Shown: positions 10,395 through 19,805 of the stretch, in pieces
How the letters are laid out: each line of letters opens with the position of its first letter
How positions within the stretch are numbered: position 1 is the stretch's first letter
Origin: Spartobacteria bacterium
GTDB lineage: Bacteria > Verrucomicrobiota > Verrucomicrobiia > Chthoniobacterales > UBA6821
DNA: 64,000 bases
Reading direction: 5' to 3'
Assembly: GCA_947487385.1 (NCBI GenBank)
Contig: CANKWU010000001.1
Location: 203,421-267,420, forward strand
Notes under the pieces: model-generated
What the model was told of the DNA's origin: nothing
The model's input: only the letters and a program-made list of their open reading frames with translations
Database searches by the model: none
Translations under genes and position numbers: made by a program

Positions 10395-11125
10395 CTCTTT
10401 CCCCCGAAGTGGGCTATCTGAGGAAGAAGGAAGCGGGCAAGATCGGCTGCCGAATCGATGGCCTGGGTGCGAAGCAGATCGAAGGCAAACTCGACGGTCT
10501 TCTCGATGAAAGCATCCGTCCGATCGAACCCCTGGCTATCGTCCTTTAGGAAATACTCGAGAACGCTGCGCCAGTGAATGTAGAGCACCTCGGGGTAGAG
10601 ATTTCCCAACGCACCCCGGCGGGCGATTTCTCCGTGATCCATGCCCTGCTGGATGAGATCGCCGGCAAAATCTTTGAAGCTGTTTTTCAGCCCATCAAGT
10701 GATGAAGGACGGCAGAGGAGGGTGAGTTTTCCAAAGCGCTGCTCCAGAAGGGAGCGGTGCTCCAAAGCCTCTGCGGTGAAGGCAAAGAGGAATGCAAGGT
10801 AGCGTTCCTTCGCCGAGAAGGAACTCCACTCCTTGCCAGCGGATACAGCATGGATGATTGATTCGATCCATGATTTCCAAAAGTGCATTTCAACAGCATC
10901 CAAATTTGGAAAAGCCATGTAGAAATCCTTTTCTCCAATCCCGAGATCCTGACAAAAACGGTGAACCGAGACCGGGGCGTTACCCTCTCTTTGAAGGGTG
11001 GCCATGTAGGCCTCCAAAATCATGGTACGATGATCATTTTTCTGACTGACCTTTGGTGCCTTTGGTGCCTTTGGTGCCTTTGGTGCCTTTGGTGCCGTGG
11101 GTGTTTTTGAGGATTTCGTGGCCAT
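10391..11125 (-). CDS. TetR-like regulator (TetR C-terminal domain family)
   Basis: Degenerate HTH (SVHRFCQDLGIGEKDFYMAFPNL); YFLKDDSQGFDRTDAFIEKTV C-terminus; coupled to the ABC1 kinase. Confidence 0.75.
   Translation of the reverse strand: MATKSSKTPTAPKAPKAPKAPKAPKVSQKNDHRTMILEAYMATLQREGNAPVSVHRFCQDLGIGEKDFYMAFPNLDAVEMHFWKSWIESIIHAVSAGKEWSSFSAKERYLAFLFAFTAEALEHRSLLEQRFGKLTLLCRPSSLDGLKNSFKDFAGDLIQQGMDHGEIARRGALGNLYPEVLYIHWRSVLEYFLKDDSQGFDRTDAFIEKTVEFAFDLLRTQAIDSAADLARFLLPQIAHFGGKS
11051..11095 (-). repeat. 9-bp perfect tandem repeat x5 encoding (APK)5
   Basis: CTTTGGTGC x5 on the + strand, read as GCACCAAAG (Ala-Pro-Lys) in the N-terminus of the TetR-like gene. Confidence 0.95.
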
Positions 11126-11282
11126 ATTCTTACTGATAGGGTAGCAGATGATTCTTCATTTGGAAGGGACTGTTTTTTTCTATCATGGCTTGCGCTCACC
11201 CAATGGGGAGGATAGAAATTTCTACTTGATGAGTTTTCCCCCTCTCACTGTCGAAATCCTTTCCCCCTCTTCTTTCAGAGGG

Positions 11283-14249
11283 ATGAAGCTTTTTTTCCTG
11301 ACTCTTCTCTGCATTATTGTCTCTGGCGCGGCCTGTAGAGCCTATTCACAGACCGAGGCCACACCCGAGGAAATCTTCAAGGCTGGTGCGGCTGCATTCC
11401 AGTCAGGCAACTTCGATGAGGCCGCCAAGAAGTTTGAGGCTGTTCTTGCTGCGGGTCCCAGTGATGAGGCTTTGGATACGATCCTTTTCACGCTTGCTTC
11501 GACGTATTTCAATCAGAAGAAATTTCCTAAAGCCGAGGAGTATTACAATAGGTCTATTAAGGAGTTCCCTAATGGTAAAAACAAGACCAAGGCCCTGATT
11601 GCGATTTCACAGATTCAAATGCAGACAGGGCGCAAGGCCGAGGCCGAGCAGTCCCTTAAAAAAGCTTCCGAAGGAACCGGTGACCTTGCGGCCCGGGCCC
11701 GAATGGCCCAAGCCTCCATGCTTGCAGAAAGTGGAAAGCCCGTTGAGGCTGTTGCTGCACTTCGCCCGATGATTGCTGGTGGGATCAAGGATGATCTTTC
11801 GGCGCAGGCCGCTATGGCTATCGTCGAGATCGAGTCAAAGCAGGGTAATCTGAACGAGGCGGTGAAGTTGTTGGACCAGCTTCAGGGTGCGGGCAACCTC
11901 ATTGATAACCCCCTGCAGCTCGACATTCTTTCGGTTCGGATCGGTGATGCTCTGCTTGCCAAGGGTGAGCGACATAAGGCACTCCGGATGTATGCGATCG
12001 TGCGGCCCAAGCAGGTTGTTTCGGATCTCCAGAAAAAGCGTATTGAGAAGATCGATAAGACGATCAATGACAACACTGCTACCCTTCAGAAAAATCCTAA
12101 GGCCTTTATGGAGGTCAATGCCACCAATGCCCGTCTAAAGGAGGATCAGAAACAGCTCCAGTCGGTTCTTGAGCAGTTCGAGAAGCTTCCTGACACCGAG
12201 CTGCCCGTTCGCCTCCGCCAGGCCAAGGCCTACGACGAACTCGATCAGAAATGGGAGACCATCCTGATCTGGGAGGGTCTTCTGGAGTCTTCCAAGGATC
12301 CGAAGGTCCGGGAGGATGCGCTCTTCAGCATCGCCGCCGCCTACTGCGCCCTGGGAAGGGGAGAGGACGCCGTTCCAGCGCTGGACCGCTACCTTGCTGA
12401 GTATCCCTCAGGAAAATACGCCTCCCAGACAGATTACCTCAAGGGGGCATTGGCCCTCGAAGCCGGCGATTTCAAAGGGGCCGAAACCATCTTCGGTACC
12501 CGTAACGAGAAGGTGACTTCTCCCGAGTTGGCGGCCGACATGCAGTTCCTGCTCGCGAATGCAAAATTTGCACAGGCGATCGATCCCAAGACTCCGAATC
12601 CGGATAAATATAAGGAGGCGATCAAGGATTATCAAAAATACATCACCAAGTATCCCACCGGGAAATTTACAGAGGAAAGCGCTTACCGCATACCGCTCTG
12701 CTCGTTTCAGTTGGGTGACTACGGTAAGGCACTGGAGGGATTCCAGAACTACGTGAAGAAATTCCCCAAGGGGACGTTTACCGGTGATTCCGACTATCGC
12801 ATCGCGCTCTGTTATCAGGCAGCAAACAAACACGATGACGTTATCAGATTGTGTGATGAGTGGGTAAAGCATCACGAGGGTGAGGTGATGCAGGCGGAGA
12901 TCCTCTCGCTCAAGGGAGATGCCTATGACAAGAAGGGGATGCCGGCTGAGTCGGCTGCTGCTTACCGCGCCTCGGTGAACTTTGCTGATAACGACGACCT
13001 CCTCAAGTACTCACTCTTCCAAGCCAACACCCAATATCAGTTACTAAACCGCTGGGATGACATTGCGGAGATGTTCAACCGCTTTATCGAACGTCATCCG
13101 AAGCATCCGGCTGTGGTGGCCGCAGTTTTTTGGGTCTCCAAGGCCAAGATTAAGCAGGGGAAGCCCGAAGAGGCGAAGAAGTATCTTGCTGATAACATTC
13201 TGAAGAACATTGACGATCGTCAGCAGGATGCCGTCGAGCAACTCCTGACCCAGCTTGCCCAGACCTGCGCCAAAAGACCGCGCCCCTCGTTGATTGCCAT
13301 TCAGAATGCTTCCCCTCAACAGGAATCCACTGCCAATGCTCCCGCTGATGCGCAGGCCTCGCCGACGCCGCGCCCATCCCCGACTCCCCCTCCTCCCTAC
13401 GATGCCGACGCGGACTTTGCCAAGTACCTGAGCGAGTCGAACACGGGGAATTCACTACTTGCCAAAGCCCGCATGCGCTTTGCCCTCGCCCAACTTGCCG
13501 GATACACGAAGAAACCGGACCGTCAGAAGGAGCTGATGGCCTCAATCTATAAAGACTTCCCCGCTGACAAACTCAGCGCCATGCTTCTCTCCGAATGCGG
13601 CCAGATTGCTCTTGATCGGGGCGATGTGGACAAGGCTGAGACCTTCTTCAAGGAGTTCATGACTTCGTTCCCTAAGAGTGACCTGCTCGAGTATGCTTAC
13701 TGCGGCATGGGACAGGTGTCGCTTGCGAGGAACCAACCCGACGAGGCCATTAAGTGGTTTGACGATTGCGTGAACAAGGCCTCTGCAGAAGCTACGCTTG
13801 CTCAGGTGACGTATGGGAAAGGAAAGGCTCTTCTTGCCAAAGGAAAGTTTGACGAGGCCAAGAAGGTCTTTGAGCAGGTCGCCTCCACAAAGGATTGGCG
13901 TGGTGAGATCACCGCCAAGGCGCTGATGTCTCTGGGGGACCTGGAGGAAAAACGAGGCAAGCCCGATGCAGCCATCCAGTACTACCAGCGCGTTTACGTG
14001 GCCTACCAGCGCTATCCATCTGTGGTGATTCCTGCCTACCTTAAGGCGGCTGATGCCTTCATCAAACTCAACAAACCCGAGGATGCCGCCAAGGATCTCA
14101 AGGATATGCTCTCGAAACCACGCCTAGCGGCTTCCCCTCTCGCGGAGGAAGCACGGAAAAAACTGGATGCTCTTCCAGCGCCGCCTGTTCAGTCCGGTCA
14201 GCCTAGTTCATCCTCCCAGCCATCTATCCCATCACCTTCCAAATCATGA
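11283..14249 (+). CDS. Large periplasmic tetratricopeptide-repeat protein
   Basis: Signal peptide from ATG 11283 (MKLFFLTLLCII...); many TPR units ending in YP/FP-x-G/S motifs (EFPNG, EYPSG, KYPTG, KFPKG, SFPKS). The ORF-track start at 11148 is probably an over-extension. Confidence 0.85.
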   Translation: MKLFFLTLLCIIVSGAACRAYSQTEATPEEIFKAGAAAFQSGNFDEAAKKFEAVLAAGPSDEALDTILFTLASTYFNQKKFPKAEEYYNRSIKEFPNGKNKTKALIAISQIQMQTGRKAEAEQSLKKASEGTGDLAARARMAQASMLAESGKPVEAVAALRPMIAGGIKDDLSAQAAMAIVEIESKQGNLNEAVKLLDQLQGAGNLIDNPLQLDILSVRIGDALLAKGERHKALRMYAIVRPKQVVSDLQKKRIEKIDKTINDNTATLQKNPKAFMEVNATNARLKEDQKQLQSVLEQFEKLPDTELPVRLRQAKAYDELDQKWETILIWEGLLESSKDPKVREDALFSIAAAYCALGRGEDAVPALDRYLAEYPSGKYASQTDYLKGALALEAGDFKGAETIFGTRNEKVTSPELAADMQFLLANAKFAQAIDPKTPNPDKYKEAIKDYQKYITKYPTGKFTEESAYRIPLCSFQLGDYGKALEGFQNYVKKFPKGTFTGDSDYRIALCYQAANKHDDVIRLCDEWVKHHEGEVMQAEILSLKGDAYDKKGMPAESAAAYRASVNFADNDDLLKYSLFQANTQYQLLNRWDDIAEMFNRFIERHPKHPAVVAAVFWVSKAKIKQGKPEEAKKYLADNILKNIDDRQQDAVEQLLTQLAQTCAKRPRPSLIAIQNASPQQESTANAPADAQASPTPRPSPTPPPPYDADADFAKYLSESNTGNSLLAKARMRFALAQLAGYTKKPDRQKELMASIYKDFPADKLSAMLLSECGQIALDRGDVDKAETFFKEFMTSFPKSDLLEYAYCGMGQVSLARNQPDEAIKWFDDCVNKASAEATLAQVTYGKGKALLAKGKFDEAKKVFEQVASTKDWRGEITAKALMSLGDLEEKRGKPDAAIQYYQRVYVAYQRYPSVVIPAYLKAADAFIKLNKPEDAAKDLKDMLSKPRLAASPLAEEARKKLDALPAPPVQSGQPSSSSQPSIPSPSKS

Positions 14250-15082
14250 GTGCACGTTCCTTGACTCACTCGATCCTCTTCTGTGGGGTGGCTCTCTTAT
14301 CGGGAATCCTCCGGGCCGAGGATATCACGACAACGGACGGTCAGACCTACACCAACTCGAGCATCAGGCGTTCGGGGGAGTTACTCATGATCAAGGTGAC
14401 CATGGAGGGGAGCACTAGTTCCATTGAAATGGGGTTGCCTCTGGCACGGATCATCAAAGTCAGCTTTGCCGAACCTCCCGAGCTTGCCAAGGCCTTGTCC
14501 GCCGCCAGCATGGGGAACGCCGCAGAGGTACTGTTGCTCACCGGAAACTATGTCTCCCAGCAAGGAGATATGAAGGATGTGCCTGGATCGTGGTGGCCTG
14601 AGATGGCGAGAGTCCGTCTTCTGGCGCTAGCCGCATCGGGCAAGGATGCAGACTGTGCCGATCTTGCTCGCCAGATCGGGGCACTCAAGTCGCCTGAAGC
14701 TGATTCCTTATCCCGTGCAGGGACGCTCTTCGCCCCACTGGCTACCGGTGATCTTCAGGCTGTTATCGTGGGGGGCAAGGCCTTGCCTCGTGTCAATGGT
14801 GATCAAGGTTCTGCCCTTGCTCAACTCGCCTTGGGACGGGCCTTGCTACAGAAACAGGACTACGTTGGCGCTCTTCTCCGTGCTTTTCTTACCATCAAGG
14901 TTTTTTATCCCTCGGTGGCACTACTGCAGCCGCCGGCTCTTGCCGGTGCTGCGGAGTCTTATATCGGTCTCAAGGATGTCAAGCGCGCCACGCAGTGCTA
15001 CGCTCAGATTGTGAAGGAGTGGCCCGACTCACCACAGGCTGCCGAGGCCAAAAAAAAGTCGGCATCCCTTTCTCAGCCTTGA
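14246..15082 (+). CDS. Exported protein with N-terminal beta-rich module and C-terminal CpoB/YbgF-like TPR
   Basis: Signal peptide; DITTTDGQTY beta module; AQLALGRALL...AFLTIKVFYP...IVKEWPDSPQAAEA TPR; ATGA overlap with the upstream gene. Confidence 0.75.
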   Translation: MSARSLTHSILFCGVALLSGILRAEDITTTDGQTYTNSSIRRSGELLMIKVTMEGSTSSIEMGLPLARIIKVSFAEPPELAKALSAASMGNAAEVLLLTGNYVSQQGDMKDVPGSWWPEMARVRLLALAASGKDADCADLARQIGALKSPEADSLSRAGTLFAPLATGDLQAVIVGGKALPRVNGDQGSALAQLALGRALLQKQDYVGALLRAFLTIKVFYPSVALLQPPALAGAAESYIGLKDVKRATQCYAQIVKEWPDSPQAAEAKKKSASLSQP

Positions 15083-15131
15083 TTTCAAGATTACCATCAC
15101 TAACTTAACAAACCATCCAGCATCCTAACCC

Positions 15132-15989
15132 ATGAACATCCGTCGTCCTCACCTCCTGTTGCTCCTGACTGCTTTCCTCTGCCTTGGCACAGCCATTGCA
15201 TCCGCTGAGGAATCTTCCAAAAAAGATACAAAAGCTGCCCACAGCAAATCGTTGCTTGAGACTCTTGTTGAGGGTGGTTGGGTGATGTTCCCGATTGGAA
15301 TCATGTCCGTGCTGACCGTCTATCTTTCCACTGACGGCATCAAGAACACCTCGATCAAGAAGACATCGCCCCCCGCCTACGAGGCCGAAGTGAAACGTCT
15401 TTTCCAGCAAGGGGATTATGTGGGTGCCTATACCTTCTGTCGCGATAACAAATCTCCACTGACCAATGTCCTTCGTGTCGGCATTTCCCTGCTCGGTGAT
15501 GGCAAGACGATGATGGAAGAGGGAATGATCTCCGAGATGCACAAGGAGAGCGCCGCCATGGGAACCCAGATCAACTACCTCTCCGTCATCGGTGTCGTGA
15601 CGCCGATGATCGGTCTTCTCGGCACTGTGACCGGAATGATCAAGGCCTTCAGCACGCTCGGCTCCTCCGGTATTGGTGATCCGGCGAGTCTCTCCGGGGC
15701 CATCGGTGAGGTGCTTGTCGCCACGGCGAGCGGTCTGGTGATCGCGATTCCCGCCTTCGGTATGTTTTATTTCTTACGGAGTCGCTCCACCACGGCGATG
15801 CATCACATTCAGGACATCCTCAACGTGCTCTTCCGCAAGATGCCTTATGAGTATTTGGAGGGTGTCCACATCAGCGGTGAGGAAATCTACGCAAATACGC
15901 CGAACTGGCTGGTTGTCGCTACGGAGGAAGTAACGACTAATGAGGGGGATCCCGTCGTCGAAGAGTATAAAACCAGCGTCGGGCAGTAA
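15132..15989 (+). CDS. MotA/TolQ/ExbB proton-channel family protein
   Basis: TPMIGLLGTVTGMIKAF and EVLVATASGLVIAIPA motifs; N-terminal signal peptide. Confidence 0.93.
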   Translation: MNIRRPHLLLLLTAFLCLGTAIASAEESSKKDTKAAHSKSLLETLVEGGWVMFPIGIMSVLTVYLSTDGIKNTSIKKTSPPAYEAEVKRLFQQGDYVGAYTFCRDNKSPLTNVLRVGISLLGDGKTMMEEGMISEMHKESAAMGTQINYLSVIGVVTPMIGLLGTVTGMIKAFSTLGSSGIGDPASLSGAIGEVLVATASGLVIAIPAFGMFYFLRSRSTTAMHHIQDILNVLFRKMPYEYLEGVHISGEEIYANTPNWLVVATEEVTTNEGDPVVEEYKTSVGQ

Positions 15990-16020
15990 CTTCCTCTCAT
16001 CCCCCAACCGATAACGAACC

Positions 16021-16488
16021 ATGGCAGGAGGAGGAGGAGGACTAGAGAAGGGCGAGCCTGATTTTCAGATCGCCCCGATGGTGGATGTCCTGCTGGTCAT
16101 CCTGATTTTCTTCATGGTGATCACCTCGGCCCAAGTCTTGAACGTCGATAAGTCGATTAAGCTACCAATTGCGGCGGAGGCCGCCAAGAAGGATGACTCC
16201 CGCTCAGAGGCGATCGTCAATGTTCGTTGGGACCCGGAAGCGAACCGGAGTGTTTTTAATTTTAAGGATCGCATTTACACCAAGGGGTCTGAGCTTGTGG
16301 AGCCTTTCAAGGAGGCCAAGGCGTACGGAGATAAAATGGCTGCTTCCAAGCCGGGCCAGAACCCCGAGTTTCGTATTGTGATCCGAGGCGACCGTGAAGT
16401 GCCGGCACTCTTTGTCTCCCAAGCGATGAATGCCGCGGCGGAGGCCGGTATTTCGGACATCTCCTTCTCCGCAATGAACCACGACTGA
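16021..16488 (+). CDS. ExbD/TolR family protein (copy 1)
   Basis: FQIAPMVDVLLVILIFFMV with the conserved TM Asp; VIRGDREVP...AGISDISF. Confidence 0.92.
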   Translation: MAGGGGGLEKGEPDFQIAPMVDVLLVILIFFMVITSAQVLNVDKSIKLPIAAEAAKKDDSRSEAIVNVRWDPEANRSVFNFKDRIYTKGSELVEPFKEAKAYGDKMAASKPGQNPEFRIVIRGDREVPALFVSQAMNAAAEAGISDISFSAMNHD

Positions 16489-16498
16489 GTTCCGACAC

Positions 16499-16939
16499 AT
16501 GAAATCATTTGTCAACGAAGATGACGGAACAATGGGCTTCCAGATAGCCCCGATGGTCGACGTGGTTTTCGTGATCATGCTCTTCTTCATGGTCATGGCT
16601 GGGGCAGTCAAGGTGGAGAACGAACTCTCCACCAAGCTCCCTGGGTCTGCGGAATCCTCTTCGGCAACCGAGTTTAACGACGAGACCATTATCTCAATTT
16701 CCGACGAGGGGGAGGTATCGCTGAACGACGAACCTTTCGACTCCATCACGAGCGCCGATCTTCCCCAACTCCGAGCCACCCTGATGCGGCTGAAAGAGAA
16801 CGCGGATAACGCTCACCAACCCGCCATTGTCACTATTGTCAGCGATGCCCATGCGAAGTACAGCCGTACGATTGATGTCCTTAATGCACTGGCGGCAGCC
16901 AAGATCAGCAATGTGACCTTCAACGTGGACGATGAGTAA
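16499..16939 (+). CDS. ExbD/TolR family protein (copy 2)
   Basis: FQIAPMVDVVFVIMLFFMV with the conserved TM Asp; IVSDAHAKYSRTIDVLNAL...ISNVTF. Confidence 0.92.
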   Translation: MKSFVNEDDGTMGFQIAPMVDVVFVIMLFFMVMAGAVKVENELSTKLPGSAESSSATEFNDETIISISDEGEVSLNDEPFDSITSADLPQLRATLMRLKENADNAHQPAIVTIVSDAHAKYSRTIDVLNALAAAKISNVTFNVDDE

Positions 16940-18479
16940 TCCTAAATCACCCAACGAGGCCCCTCCCTCCGGGCCCCAAGACAACCATGACCTTAATGAG
17001 CATCAAGGGTTGCCTGAGATTCATGCTGATCATGCGCCTCACACCGCCCCGGCGGAGCCTCATCCGATCAAGAAGAATGTCTGGCAGCGGTGGATGGCAT
17101 GGAGTGGCAGTTTCTTCGTTCTTAGCCTCCTACTGCACATTATCCTGATCGGCGGTGCCACACTGCTGGTGGTGGAGGTGGTTCAGTCTCGCAAGGAGAA
17201 GATGAAGTTCACGGCACCACCGCCAAGCCCAGCGGCTGCCGCCGAGCACAAAGTGAAACCCTCGAAGAAAGCGGCCGCGGCACCCGCGCTTTCCAAGCGG
17301 ATCACCTCAACCTCTGCCAACGTCTCGATCGCCCTCCCTGCCATGGAGATGAACTCGACAGGAACCGACGTCATGGCCTCTGTCATGAGTGGACTCGGCG
17401 CCTCTGGGCTTGGGAATGGAGTTGGTGGAGGAGGCTCTGGCATGGCCTCCATGCCGCTAGCCGGCCTCACAGCGTTTGGGTTTAAGGGTGGTGGAGCAGG
17501 AGGCTTGGTTGGACATATTTTCGACCTAAAGCAGACAAAGGATCACCAACCCACCGAGATCAAGGATGATGGTCTTTTCAAGGACCCTCATTTTGCTGAC
17601 GATAAAGACCACCCGGATAAGTGGTTTTCCTTATTTAGAGAATGCCAAAATGATCCTTCTAAGAACAAGAATCTCGCAGATGGAGTCTTGGGTGAGGCCA
17701 AGGTGATCAATGATTTTCTCTCCAAGGGTTGGGATAGAAGTATCCTCGAGAAATTTTATGAATCTCCTGATCCGGTAACGACCTATGAATTCTGTATTTT
17801 AAATGCCGGACAAAAAGCTGCCTTAAAGGCATTCGGAGTCGATAATCAGATGAAGATGAATCATCTTTTGATCCACTACAGGGGGAAGGTTACTGGACCT
17901 CGGGATGGCACTTTCCGATTTATAGTGTATATGGGGAATGGGTCTTTGGGTATTCGATTTGGTGAGGAGGTTGTCTTTGGTTCATTTAAGGGGCTCATTA
18001 GCCGTAGTTCTTTTAAGCAAGGGCCCCCGGATAAAACCCGTATCTACCCAGGGTGGGGCGCAAGTGTCGGTCCCTGGTTCACTGTGCAAGCGGGCAAGAA
18101 GTATCCCATGGATGTCCTCATGGTAGTGGGGGGAGAAAGACCTGGCGATGGAGGGTTTGATTGCATCGTGCTGATGGAGGAAAAAAACCCTCCCACGCCT
18201 TATCTTCCCTCAGAGTGGCAGTGGTTTACCAAGCAGGGTCTTCAATATCAGACTCCGACGTCTTTGTGGCATGATAAGATCTGGTATCGCTACCCTCTCT
18301 TTGTGATGAAGCAAGGATTACCTAAACCACCCGCATTTATAATGCCTAACGACTCAATGCCCAATTATCCGTCGACACCGTGGGGTGCGGAGTTGCTGCG
18401 TAGATGGAAAGAAAATGGTCCGTCCCCGAAAGTTCCTGATTTTGCTCCAGAGCCTCTGGTCTTCCCCGGAGCAAAATAG
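16932..18479 (+). CDS. Single-TM TonB/TolA-like protein with a putative PA14-like periplasmic head
   Basis: TM segment VLSLLLHIIL carries SxxxH; Pro/Ala/Lys linker, then a Gly-rich linker; HYRGKVTGPRDGTFRF...GPWFTVQAGKKYPMDV resembles PA14-type beta-sandwich segments. Confidence 0.6.
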   Translation: MSNPKSPNEAPPSGPQDNHDLNEHQGLPEIHADHAPHTAPAEPHPIKKNVWQRWMAWSGSFFVLSLLLHIILIGGATLLVVEVVQSRKEKMKFTAPPPSPAAAAEHKVKPSKKAAAAPALSKRITSTSANVSIALPAMEMNSTGTDVMASVMSGLGASGLGNGVGGGGSGMASMPLAGLTAFGFKGGGAGGLVGHIFDLKQTKDHQPTEIKDDGLFKDPHFADDKDHPDKWFSLFRECQNDPSKNKNLADGVLGEAKVINDFLSKGWDRSILEKFYESPDPVTTYEFCILNAGQKAALKAFGVDNQMKMNHLLIHYRGKVTGPRDGTFRFIVYMGNGSLGIRFGEEVVFGSFKGLISRSSFKQGPPDKTRIYPGWGASVGPWFTVQAGKKYPMDVLMVVGGERPGDGGFDCIVLMEEKNPPTPYLPSEWQWFTKQGLQYQTPTSLWHDKIWYRYPLFVMKQGLPKPPAFIMPNDSMPNYPSTPWGAELLRRWKENGPSPKVPDFAPEPLVFPGAK

Positions 18480-18534
18480 CGGTAATAAACCCAAGGTCGA
18501 ACTTCACCCTGTTTCCTTATCTCAAAGCTGCTTC

Positions 18535-18564
18535 TTGACGCTTGAGGCACTCCTTCTCTAGCGT
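18535..18564 (+). promoter_or_regulatory. Possible sigma70-type promoter for bamD
   Basis: TTGACG (18535-18540), 18-nt spacer, TAGCGT (18559-18564) just upstream of the ATG; pattern match only. Confidence 0.3.
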
Positions 18565-18575
18565 TTCCCCTTCGG

Positions 18576-19805
18576 ATGAGAAAATCAGCTACCATGTCTG
18601 TCCCTTTTAGGATGCTTTTCACTTGGGTGTCGGCTTTCTTGCTAACACTTATTCCCACTAGTCTTCATGCAGAGTCCGAGGGACTCGTAAAGTCGGAGGC
18701 TATCACGAATACGCTGATTTCATTTGGAACGGCCGCTGACCATCTTGCTGCGGCTGATGAGCTTGTCTCCTCGGGTGACTCTGGGAAGGCGATCACGACC
18801 TACCGATTCATTGCCAAAACCTATCCCAAGAGCAAGGAGGCTCCAGAGGCCCAGTTCAAGCTGGCCAAGCAGCTCAACAAGAAGGGAAACTTCGAAGCTG
18901 CTTTCAAGGAATACCAGACCCTCCTCCAAAAATATCCGCAGACTCCGAACTTCGAAGAATCGGTTGCTGACGAGATCTCTATCGCCAATGAATTCCTGAA
19001 GGGGATGAAGGTGAAGTTCCTCGGAATCCCGATGGTTCCCTCGATGGAGAAAGCCGAGGAAATGTACCTTGCGATCCTCAAGGTGTCGCCCTACAGCAAG
19101 CATGCTGCAATCACTCAGTTCAATCTCGGCCTAGCCCTCCAGAAACAAGGGAAGGCTCAGGAGGCGATTGCTGCTTACCAGAAGGTCCTCGATAAATACC
19201 CCAACAGCGCAGCCTGTGATTCCGCCGCCTACCAGGTCGGCTATGTCTACCAGCAACTCGGGATGACGGGAAAGTCGCAGGATCTTTCCGCGCTCAAAGA
19301 GGCTCAGAACAATTACCAAGATTTTCTTCTTCAATATCCCAATAGTGAGAAGGTTCAGCAGGCCGGTCAAAATATGAAGAAAATGCTCTCCAAGGAGTCC
19401 GTTGACACCCTGCGAGTGGCCCGGTTCTACGACTTCAACAAGGATTTCAAGGCATCCGCGATCTATTACAATGATGTTATCCGCCGCTTTCCCCAGAGCG
19501 AGGAGGCAACTGAGGCGAAGAGTCGTCTGGATGAACTCAAGGCCCTTTATGGTGAGGATTCCCTTCGCGTGGGACAGGAGCGTCCGGAGAATGGAGAGCG
19601 TCTTGCCGAGCGCCGACGTCTTCAGGCTCAGGTCGAGTCGATGGCCCTTGCGAATTATAATGGACCGCCGAAAAAGGATTTTGTCCCCGAGGAAGCGCAG
19701 CTGCCCCGTCCTCAGATGAAGGGTGATTTGAGGGATACAAAACCTATTCCACTGCAAGAACCCCCGGTTCAGACACCGCAGCAAAAGACTCCTCTTGCCC
19801 CATGA
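18576..19805 (+). CDS. bamD: Outer-membrane assembly factor BamD-like TPR protein
   Basis: TPRs with YPKS/YPQT/YPNS ends; C-terminal VARFYD...ASAIYYNDVIRRFPQS; adjacent to lptE. The true start may be a downstream ATG. Confidence 0.72.
   Translation: MRKSATMSVPFRMLFTWVSAFLLTLIPTSLHAESEGLVKSEAITNTLISFGTAADHLAAADELVSSGDSGKAITTYRFIAKTYPKSKEAPEAQFKLAKQLNKKGNFEAAFKEYQTLLQKYPQTPNFEESVADEISIANEFLKGMKVKFLGIPMVPSMEKAEEMYLAILKVSPYSKHAAITQFNLGLALQKQGKAQEAIAAYQKVLDKYPNSAACDSAAYQVGYVYQQLGMTGKSQDLSALKEAQNNYQDFLLQYPNSEKVQQAGQNMKKMLSKESVDTLRVARFYDFNKDFKASAIYYNDVIRRFPQSEEATEAKSRLDELKALYGEDSLRVGQERPENGERLAERRRLQAQVESMALANYNGPPKKDFVPEEAQLPRPQMKGDLRDTKPIPLQEPPVQTPQQKTPLAP

Noticed and set aside
11148-11282. N-terminal extension of the large TPR protein
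   Set aside because: It occupies the divergent promoter region; a clean signal peptide starts at 11283.
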